DNA of 64,000 nucleotides from a bacterium (lineage in GTDB: Bacteria; SZUA-79; Acidulodesulfobacterales; Acidulodesulfobacteraceae). Shown here piece after piece: positions 56,460 through 64,000 of this stretch. Each line of letters opens with the position of its first letter. Position 1 is the first letter of the stretch. Both the position numbers and the translations under genes were made by a program. The stretch is from positions 533-64,532 of the forward strand of contig JAKAQA010000001.1 in the NCBI GenBank assembly GCA_021811805.1, written 5' to 3'. The notes beneath the pieces are model-generated. The model did not search any database, was not told where the DNA came from, and saw nothing but the letters and a program-made list of their open reading frames with translations.

Positions 56460-57098
56460 ATGAAAATAGCAAATGGCATTGAAATCTATGAAAATTTAAA
56501 AGAGATAATAAACCCCGAACATTCCTGTCTCGTCGTGTGGGACGTTCAAAACGTATTAGTTTCCAGAATATATAATAAAACGGAATTTATCGCTAATATA
56601 AAATATTTAGTAAACGCTTTAAGGGGCAAAATTCCCGTGGTATATACTCTTATAACTCCGGCGGCAAAAGAGTTTAGGTCTTCGTGGTCGTATTACGCTA
56701 TGATGAAGCGCTTCGGAGTTAACGATCCTGCGAAACTTCCCGATTTTATGGCGAAGGGTTCAAGCGACAGAAATATTCTTGAAGATATAGCGCCGCAGGA
56801 GGGCGATATATTGCTTGAAAAACCGGCGGCAAGCATATTTATCGGGACATATTTTGAACAGATGATGAAAAATAGAAATATAAATACTCTTATTTTTACG
56901 GGTATAGCAACCGAGATAGGAGTGGAATCGTCCGCAAGGGATGCCGCTAACAGGGGATTTTATCCCGTAATCGCCGAAGACTGCGTATCTTCTATGGATA
57001 AAGACGCCCACGGCAGGTCGCTGGAAAATATGAGAAAAATGTTTATATGCGAAAATTCCAAGACCATTATAGAAAATATTCTTATGCCGTCTTTATAA
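56460..57098 (+). CDS. Isochorismatase-family hydrolase (Gly at the usual Cys nucleophile position)
   Basis: 212 aa with CLVVWDVQN and LIFTGIATEIGVESSARDAANRGFYPVIAEDC. Confidence 0.75.
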   Translation: MKIANGIEIYENLKEIINPEHSCLVVWDVQNVLVSRIYNKTEFIANIKYLVNALRGKIPVVYTLITPAAKEFRSSWSYYAMMKRFGVNDPAKLPDFMAKGSSDRNILEDIAPQEGDILLEKPAASIFIGTYFEQMMKNRNINTLIFTGIATEIGVESSARDAANRGFYPVIAEDCVSSMDKDAHGRSLENMRKMFICENSKTIIENILMPSL

Positions 57099-57121
57099 AT
57101 TTAAAGTACCGGTAAAATTAT

Positions 57122-57670
57122 ATGATTCCGCCGAATCAAAACAAAGTAGAAGATTTAATTCAACTTGACTTAGGATATGTTCCGGATGTCGGCATCGCGG
57201 ATTACAGACTTACTATAAAAGGCCTGGTTGATAATCCGGCGGTTTTGACCTACGAAGATATCGTAAAAATAGGAAACGATAAAGTCATAGACGACTTTCA
57301 CTGCGTCACCGGCTGGACGAAAGAATCAGTCGAATGGGAGGGTGTTTTGTCAAAAAAGCTCGCCGCTATAGTTAAACCCCATAAAAATGCAAAATATGTC
57401 CTGATAGGTTCCTACGACGGCTATACGACAAACATAGATACGGACTTCCTGCTTAAAGACAACTCGATAATTGCTGTAAAATACGGCGGGAAAGTTTTAA
57501 CCCCGGAACACGGCTTTCCGGCGCGCCTCGTTATTCCCGATAAATACGCATATAAAAGCGCGAAATGGGTAAAAACGATTACCTTTTTAGACAAAGAAGA
57601 GCTTGGATACTGGGAGCAAAGAGGATATTCAAACGGCGCAGACCCGTTTAAAGAAGAAAGATACGCTTAA
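57122..57670 (+). CDS. Sulfite-oxidase-fold molybdopterin-binding domain protein (small stand-alone form)
   Basis: 182 aa with DFHCVTGWTKESVEWEGV and HGFPARLVIPDKYAYKSAKWV, typical of the SUOX/YedY fold. Confidence 0.75.
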   Translation: MIPPNQNKVEDLIQLDLGYVPDVGIADYRLTIKGLVDNPAVLTYEDIVKIGNDKVIDDFHCVTGWTKESVEWEGVLSKKLAAIVKPHKNAKYVLIGSYDGYTTNIDTDFLLKDNSIIAVKYGGKVLTPEHGFPARLVIPDKYAYKSAKWVKTITFLDKEELGYWEQRGYSNGADPFKEERYA

Positions 57671-58067
57671 ACAACCTTTTCTTTGCCGGTTTTACAATAG
57701 GCTTGTAAGATTCCAAATCGGCTATGTCTTCCGGTTTTTCCTTTGAAACGATAATCCATGGGGGAGGCGTCGTTAAAGAACAGCCGCCGCCGGACATTCT
57801 CGGATGATAAATTTTTATTATCGAGGGCTCGTCTTTAGTGTGGACGTAAAACCATCCGCAAATCTTGTCAAGATTTTTTATTTCATTCATTCTTTCCTTT
57901 AAAAATCCGGCAGCCCGGTCTGCGTCCATTTCGCCTTTTTCGTCGTCAACCTGGGTATATACGTAATGCCATTGCGCCCCTGAATTTTTAACGTCCTCTA
58001 TAAGTTTTTCGACGTCTTCCCACCGCAAAAGACCGGAAAAAGAAACCATATCGGCTTTATAAGGCAT
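57648..58067 (-). CDS. Hypothetical protein
   Basis: 139-aa ORF with no recognised family. Its 3' end overlaps the convergent gene by 23 nt. Confidence 0.4.
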   Translation of the reverse strand: MPYKADMVSFSGLLRWEDVEKLIEDVKNSGAQWHYVYTQVDDEKGEMDADRAAGFLKERMNEIKNLDKICGWFYVHTKDEPSIIKIYHPRMSGGGCSLTTPPPWIIVSKEKPEDIADLESYKPIVKPAKKRLFKRIFLL

Positions 58068-58239
58068 ATTCCTTCTCCATTTTATTTATATAAAATTATA
58101 ACATAATGTAGCATATATTGGAGTATATAAAAAAAATTTTATATTTTATTGCCGCCAACTTTTAAACTTAAAATTAATATTGTATAATATAAAAATGTGC
58201 AAAAATTTAATTTATACTATCAATTAATTTCTAAAACTT

Positions 58240-60624
58240 ATGCCGACAAATAATAGAACAGCTAATAAAAATAACGCAAATAAACCAAAAAAAGGGAAGA
58301 ATAAATTAGTCAAAATAATTTTTGCCGGACTTTTTATCTTAATTTTTGCCCCTATAGTAATTTTTGCCGTATTATATTATCTGCTCGCTTCTTCCGTTCC
58401 CAATATTGTTTCCCTTAAAGACTATCATCCTAAAGAAGTCAATTATGTTTACTCGTCAAGCGGAAAACTCGTAGGCTACTTAGGTTCGGTAAACAGGGAG
58501 GTTGTTCCGTTTTCGGATATTCCCCTGCAGGTAAGGGAGGCTTTTTTAGCGGCGGAAGATAAAAATTTTTATAATCAGGGTCCGCTTGATTATAAAGCTA
58601 TCGCAAGAGCTTTTATAGTTAACCTTATGTCTGGACACATCGTAGAAGGCGGTTCGACGATAACCCAGCAGGTTGCAAAAACCCTCCTCGTTCCTTATGA
58701 AAGGTCGTATATCTGGAAACTGCGGGAGGCTATTTTGGCTTACAGGGTTGCCGATAATTTATCCAAAAACGATATTTTAGATATTTATCTTAATCAAATT
58801 TATCTTGGCAACAATGCCTATGGAATACAGGCGGCTTCCCTTACGTATTTCGGAGTTCCCGTATGGAAACTAAACCTCGCGCAGGCGGCTATGCTCGGGG
58901 GGCTTCCGCAGGCGCCGTCGTTTTTAGACCCATATATTCATTTTAAAGATGCAAAAAGAAGGCAGAAATATGTTCTGGAACAGATGGCAAACGACGGTTT
59001 TATAACAAAAGCGCAGGCTAAAACGGCATACGATACAAAGCTTGTTTTTCATAATTTCTTTAAATATTACGGCGTCGCCCCGTATTACCTTGCTTATATT
59101 AAACAGGATATTATAAATAAATACGGCAAAGCCGTTTATAAAGAAGGTGGACTCAAGATATACGCCGCTTTAAGCGCAAGGGCTCAGCGGTATGCCGATG
59201 AAGCGGTAAAAACCGGCTTAACCAATCTTTCCCATGAATACGGCTATACAGGACCTTTAAAAAAGCTTAGTTACGGGGAGATGCTGAATAAAATTAACGG
59301 CGAAAAAGGCCCTATAAATTATTTATACGAAGGCGGCATCTATAAAGGCTTTGTTACCGGAATTTCTAAAGACGGTCAGACCGCTTTTATTTCGGTCGGG
59401 AAGTTCAGAGGCGTTCTGCCTGTGTCCAATATGAAGTGGGCTTCGCATTTCCAGCGTTATGTTTATTTTACATACAGGACTATTGGCAACGCCAATCAGG
59501 TTTTAAAACCCGGGTATGAAATACTCGTTAAATTCGACGGTTACGTTAATAAAAGGACGCCGGTTTTTTCTTTAGAGGAAAAAAATGTTATAGAAGGGGC
59601 TTTGATTTCTATCGACCCGCAAAACGGCTTTGTAAAAGCTATGGTCGGCGGGCACAGCTTCAGCCAGACCCAGTTTAACAGGGCTCTTTACGCAAAAAGG
59701 CAGACCGGTTCGGCTTTTAAACCCATAGTTTATGCGGAGGCCCTGACCATAGGTTATACCCCTTCTTCAATTATAAACAATACTCCCGTAATATATCCTA
59801 CCGGAGTGCCCGGAAAATATTACAAGCCCCACAATTTTTCCCGCAGATTTACCGGACCTACGACCCTGCTTATAGGACTTGCTCATTCCATAGACGTCGT
59901 AGCCGTCAAACTTCTGCAAAAAGTCGGCGTAGATAAAGTAGCGCATTTAGCCGATGAAATGGGGATTCATCACGTAGTAAAAAATTTAACTATGGCTTTG
60001 GGGTCTTCAAGCGTCAGGCTTATCGATTTGACTGCGGCTTACAGTTCTTTTGCCAACGGCGGAATTGAATGTAAGCCCGTTTTTATTATTAAAATTTTAA
60101 CGCCGGGAGGCAAAAGCCTCTATAACTATAAATCCGAATGCAGGCAGGTTTTATCTCCTCAAGTTGCTTACGTGCTTACAAATATGCTGGAAAGAGTTAT
60201 TACGAACGGTACCGGAGTTACCATTTCTAATATAAGGAAGATCACCCCTTACGTAGCCGGAAAAACCGGTTCGTCAAGCCAGTACAGGGACGGAATATTT
60301 ATGGGGTACACTTCTTCTTTGGTAACAGGGGTCTGGACCGGACGGGACGATTTTCATTCAATGGGCAGGTTTATGGTCGGCGCTATAACCGCCGCGCCGA
60401 TATGGGATTCTTATATGGCAAATGCGCTGAATATTTACCCGCCGGAGGCGTTTGCTATACCGAAGGGGGTTGTTTTTGCCGAAATTAACCCTCATACCGG
60501 TCTGATTGCCGATTCAAGCTATAAAGACCCGGTTCTTATGCCTTATGTCGCCGGAACGGAGCCTACGACCGTAAAAAAGCAAAAAAAGATTAAAAATCCG
60601 CAGTCGTTTTTCGGATTATTTTAG
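58240..60624 (+). CDS. mrcA: Class A penicillin-binding protein (PBP1A: glycosyltransferase + transpeptidase)
   Basis: 794 aa. GT51 motifs EDKNFY and GGSTITQQ, and transpeptidase motifs SAFKP (SxxK) and KTGSS. Confidence 0.93.
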   Translation: MPTNNRTANKNNANKPKKGKNKLVKIIFAGLFILIFAPIVIFAVLYYLLASSVPNIVSLKDYHPKEVNYVYSSSGKLVGYLGSVNREVVPFSDIPLQVREAFLAAEDKNFYNQGPLDYKAIARAFIVNLMSGHIVEGGSTITQQVAKTLLVPYERSYIWKLREAILAYRVADNLSKNDILDIYLNQIYLGNNAYGIQAASLTYFGVPVWKLNLAQAAMLGGLPQAPSFLDPYIHFKDAKRRQKYVLEQMANDGFITKAQAKTAYDTKLVFHNFFKYYGVAPYYLAYIKQDIINKYGKAVYKEGGLKIYAALSARAQRYADEAVKTGLTNLSHEYGYTGPLKKLSYGEMLNKINGEKGPINYLYEGGIYKGFVTGISKDGQTAFISVGKFRGVLPVSNMKWASHFQRYVYFTYRTIGNANQVLKPGYEILVKFDGYVNKRTPVFSLEEKNVIEGALISIDPQNGFVKAMVGGHSFSQTQFNRALYAKRQTGSAFKPIVYAEALTIGYTPSSIINNTPVIYPTGVPGKYYKPHNFSRRFTGPTTLLIGLAHSIDVVAVKLLQKVGVDKVAHLADEMGIHHVVKNLTMALGSSSVRLIDLTAAYSSFANGGIECKPVFIIKILTPGGKSLYNYKSECRQVLSPQVAYVLTNMLERVITNGTGVTISNIRKITPYVAGKTGSSSQYRDGIFMGYTSSLVTGVWTGRDDFHSMGRFMVGAITAAPIWDSYMANALNIYPPEAFAIPKGVVFAEINPHTGLIADSSYKDPVLMPYVAGTEPTTVKKQKKIKNPQSFFGLF

Positions 60625-60636
60625 GATGATGTGAAA

Positions 60637-61668
60637 ATGGGCAACTTAAAACCTTTAACGGACAATTTCGGCAGGCAGATAACATATTTAAGAATAAGCG
60701 TAACGGACAGGTGTAATTTAAGATGCGTTTACTGTATGCCGGAAAGCGGTATCTCCCTGTTGAATCACAACGAGGTAATTTCTTATGAAGATATTTTAAG
60801 ATTGACCGGTATTCTTTCAAAACACGGAGTGAATAAAATAAGGATTACCGGCGGAGAGCCTTTAGTAAGAAAAGGTTTGACCGGCCTTATAGAAAATATG
60901 AGCCGCATAAAAGGCATAGAAGATATTTCTATGACCACAAACGGGATTCTTTTGGAAAAATATGCTTCCGAACTTTATAATGCCGGACTTAAAAGAATTA
61001 ATATAAGTCTTGATTCTTTAAAGGAAGAAAGATTTTGCAAGATTACAAGGATGGGCAGTTTAAAAGATGTTTTGACCGGTATAAAACTTGTAAAAAAAAC
61101 GGGTTTTAAACCGGTAAAAATAAATACCGTTTTAATTAGGGGAATAAACGATGACGAGATAATAGATTTTGTGAATTTTGCGAAAGAATTCGAGCTTAAT
61201 TTAAGATTTATCGAATATATGCCTATAGGCGGAAACATTGCCGAATCGGTATTGTCTAAAGAAATAGAAGAAAAAATCAGGTCTGAATTCGACGATTTCG
61301 GTTTGATGATAGGCAATCAAGCTGAAAATAATGCTTATAATGCCGATGTCTATAGCGGAGTCAGCCGTTCTTTCGGGTTCAAAGACGGCAAAGCGGTAAT
61401 CGGTTTTATAAGTCCTTTGTCGGAGCATTTTTGCGGAAACTGCAACAGGCTGAGGCTGACGGCGTCCGGCAATTTAAGACCATGCCTTTTTTACGATAAC
61501 GAGTATAATATTAAAGATATTCTAAAAGAAAACGACGACGAAGCCGTTTTTGAAAAGGTTTCCGGTATTATTAAATTAAAACGTTTTAAACACAATTTTA
61601 ACGATAAAGCCGAGAAAAAGGAATCTTTATTATGGGCTAACGATTTTATGAACGGGATAGGCGGATAA
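60637..61668 (+). CDS. moaA: GTP 3',8-cyclase MoaA (radical SAM)
   Basis: CNLRCVYCMP, GGEPL, the second cluster CGNCNRLRLTASGNLRPC, and the C-terminal GG. The track start is GTG 60631; ATG 60637 is preferred. Confidence 0.93.
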   Translation: MGNLKPLTDNFGRQITYLRISVTDRCNLRCVYCMPESGISLLNHNEVISYEDILRLTGILSKHGVNKIRITGGEPLVRKGLTGLIENMSRIKGIEDISMTTNGILLEKYASELYNAGLKRINISLDSLKEERFCKITRMGSLKDVLTGIKLVKKTGFKPVKINTVLIRGINDDEIIDFVNFAKEFELNLRFIEYMPIGGNIAESVLSKEIEEKIRSEFDDFGLMIGNQAENNAYNADVYSGVSRSFGFKDGKAVIGFISPLSEHFCGNCNRLRLTASGNLRPCLFYDNEYNIKDILKENDDEAVFEKVSGIIKLKRFKHNFNDKAEKKESLLWANDFMNGIGG

Positions 61669-61712
61669 TAAGCAATATAATAAGCAAAACATAACAAGAC
61701 GAGGAGAAAATT

Positions 61713-64000
61713 TTGGATCAGAAGAGTATTATTAACATTAATATCGAAGACGAAATGAGGCAGTCGTATTTAGATTACGCAATGAGCGTTATCATAGGCA
61801 GGGCGCTTCCCGAGGTTAAAGACGGGTTAAAGCCCGTTCATAGAAGAATCCTTTTTGCTATGAACGACCTCGGCAACGATTTTAACAAGCCTTATAAGAA
61901 ATCGGCAAGAGTCGTCGGCGACGTAATAGGTAAGTATCACCCACACGGCGATTCGGCGGTTTATGACGCGACTGTCAGAATGGCGCAGGATTTTTCCTTA
62001 AGATATCCCCTTGTGGACGGACAGGGAAATTTCGGCTCGATAGACGGCGACCCGCCTGCGGCAATGAGATACACCGAAATCAGGATGACTAAGCTTTCCT
62101 CGTTTTTATTGGACGATATAGATTTTGAAACGGTCGATTTCACGCCCAACTACGACGGTTCGCTAAAAGAACCCTCCGTTTTACCCGCAAAGTTTCCAAA
62201 CCTGCTTGTCAACGGCTCATCCGGCATAGCCGTAGGAATGTCCTCCAATATACCTCCGCATAACCTTACCGAATCTATAGACGCAACCCTTCATTTCATA
62301 GATAATTCGGACTGCGGTATAGACGAATTAAAATCGATAATAAAAGGGCCTGATTTTCCGACAGGCGGAATAATTTACGGCTATTCCGGAATAAATAACT
62401 ATTTTAATACCGGAAGAGGGCTCGTTAAGGTAAGAGCTAAGCATCACTTCGAAAAAGCAAAAATAATAATCACGGAGATACCTTATCAGGTCAACAAGTC
62501 TAAAATACTAGAACGTATAGCCGAACTCGTCAAGGAAAAAAAGATAGAAGGCATATCCGACCTTCGCGACGAATCCGATAGGGAAGGGATGAGAATGGTT
62601 ATAGAATTGAAGAGAGATGCAAACGAAACGGTCGTAATGAACAATCTCTTCAAGCATACCCAGCTCGAAGAAACATTCGGGGTAATCTTCCTTGCAATAG
62701 TGAATAATCAGCCAAAAATATTAAATATAAAGGATATGCTGTCCCTCTTTGTGGATTTTCGTAAAGAAGTAGTTATAAAAAGGACGGTATTCGAATTAAA
62801 AAAAGCCGAAGCGCGTCTTCATATATTGGAAGCTTTCAGGATTGTGGCTCAAAATATCGACGAGGTCATAGAGCTGATAAAGACCTCCGAATCTCCGTCC
62901 GTAGCAAAAGAAAGACTTATGCAAAAATACGGTTTTTCGGAAATTCAAGCGCGCGCCGTTCTTGATTTAAAATTGGAAAAGATTACCAATCTGGAGAGAG
63001 AGCATATAATTAAGGAATATGAAGAGATACTCGATAAAGTAAAAAAATTAAGAGAACTTCTCGCCAGCGAAAAACTGATAAAAGGCGTAATAAAAGAAGA
63101 GCTTAAACTTATCAGGGATAAGTTCGGAGATGCAAGAAAGACCGAAATAGTGCAGGAAGAAAACGAAACGGCGCTCATCGACCTTATCCCTAATGAAGCT
63201 ATGATAGTTATGATGACCGAAAACGGATATATTAAAAGAACCAAGCTCTCGACGTTTAGAGCCCAGAACAGGGGCGGCAAAGGACAAACAGGCATAAAAT
63301 CCAAAGAAGAAGATTTTGTCGCAAATTCGTTTTGCGCAAATACCCACGATAATATTCTGTTTATTACAAATTTCGGAAGCGCCTATAAATTAAACGTTTA
63401 CGATATTCCGGAAACCCTTAAAACTTCGAAAGGAAAACCCATAATAAATCTTCTTAATTTAAAAGAAAAAGAGACTATTTCATCGGTGTTTCCCATTGAA
63501 AATTTTGATAAAAACTACTCGATATTTATATCGACGAAAAACGGACAGATTATAAAGACTTCTTTGGATAAGTTTGCAAATATAAGAAAAAATGGCTTAA
63601 TAGCCATAAAGCTTAAAGACGGCGACGAGGTTATAAGCACCCGGATTGCCGATAATAACGTAAAAAATCAGCTTATAACAATAGCTACAAAAACGGGTAA
63701 ATCGATTTGCGCCGATATAGAAGGTTTTAGAACGCTTGGGAGGGGGGCGATGGGAGTCAGGGGGATAAGGCTTTCCAAAAACGACGCGGTCGTCTCTATG
63801 GACCTGCTTTCTTCCGAAAACGATTATCTTATAGCTATCACGGAAAAAGGCTACGGTAAAAAAACTATAATGACGGAATTCAGGAAGCAAAGCAGGGGCG
63901 GCAAAGGCATAATCGCCATTAAAACCGGCCAGAGAAACGGTTTTGTAGTTTCGGTGCTTAAAGCTTCCGGAGATAATGATATAATATTAATAACGTCTAA
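61713..64000 (+). CDS. gyrA: DNA gyrase subunit A (3' end runs off the window)
   Basis: Absent from the track because it touches the window edge. TTG at 61713 follows a GAGGAG SD. The translation [50 protein letters not shown]...[14 protein letters not shown]...AAMRYTE is canonical GyrA. Confidence 0.95.
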   Translation, partial: MDQKSIININIEDEMRQSYLDYAMSVIIGRALPEVKDGLKPVHRRILFAMNDLGNDFNKPYKKSARVVGDVIGKYHPHGDSAVYDATVRMAQDFSLRYPLVDGQGNFGSIDGDPPAAMRYTEIRMTKLSSFLLDDIDFETVDFTPNYDGSLKEPSVLPAKFPNLLVNGSSGIAVGMSSNIPPHNLTESIDATLHFIDNSDCGIDELKSIIKGPDFPTGGIIYGYSGINNYFNTGRGLVKVRAKHHFEKAKIIITEIPYQVNKSKILERIAELVKEKKIEGISDLRDESDREGMRMVIELKRDANETVVMNNLFKHTQLEETFGVIFLAIVNNQPKILNIKDMLSLFVDFRKEVVIKRTVFELKKAEARLHILEAFRIVAQNIDEVIELIKTSESPSVAKERLMQKYGFSEIQARAVLDLKLEKITNLEREHIIKEYEEILDKVKKLRELLASEKLIKGVIKEELKLIRDKFGDARKTEIVQEENETALIDLIPNEAMIVMMTENGYIKRTKLSTFRAQNRGGKGQTGIKSKEEDFVANSFCANTHDNILFITNFGSAYKLNVYDIPETLKTSKGKPIINLLNLKEKETISSVFPIENFDKNYSIFISTKNGQIIKTSLDKFANIRKNGLIAIKLKDGDEVISTRIADNNVKNQLITIATKTGKSICADIEGFRTLGRGAMGVRGIRLSKNDAVVSMDLLSSENDYLIAITEKGYGKKTIMTEFRKQSRGGKGIIAIKTGQRNGFVVSVLKASGDNDIILITS

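Overview
AT-rich bacterial chromosomal window centred on the replication-origin neighbourhood; no rRNA, tRNA or CRISPR found. All 21 genes in 1-29237 are on the minus strand. In coordinate order they are: a partial NAD-linked formate dehydrogenase (fdhA, Cys-type) and a NuoE-NuoF fusion; a six-gene hydrogenase-4-like membrane complex whose large subunit has lost all four [NiFe] cysteines (Ehr-type); an IS4-superfamily insertion sequence; a cytoplasmic molybdopterin oxidoreductase; an Nramp-related transporter with Mg-type DAGG/APW motifs; and mnmG. A three-gene islet is wedged between mnmG and mnmE: a RhuM-family gene, type III mod, and type III res with a C-terminal LexA/S24 peptidase domain. 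The block ends with mnmE-yidC-yidD-rnpA-rpmH. On the plus strand lie dnaA-dnaN-gyrB, flanked by two AT-rich intergenic regions that look like a bipartite oriC (a DnaA-box palindrome upstream of dnaA; DnaA-trio-like triplets upstream of dnaN). The right arm carries tatA, queE, nth, ndk, oorDABC, sucCD, a two-subunit class I fumarase, a CDF exporter, an MFS transporter, proC, maf, yggS (no canonical start codon), a heme-sensor/HAMP-only protein, topA and a divergent dprA-like gene. It continues with a periplasmic binding protein, a DUF488 protein, an LRV-repeat protein, a gutted SDR, an isochorismatase-like protein, a SUOX-fold Mo protein, PBP1A, moaA and partial gyrA. Three full copies and one fragment of a modular MITE-like palindromic element are present. 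The two best candidates for a poorly understood or undescribed system are the Ehr complex coupled to the formate dehydrogenase/diaphorase module, and the type III R-M islet with the Res-S24 fusion.
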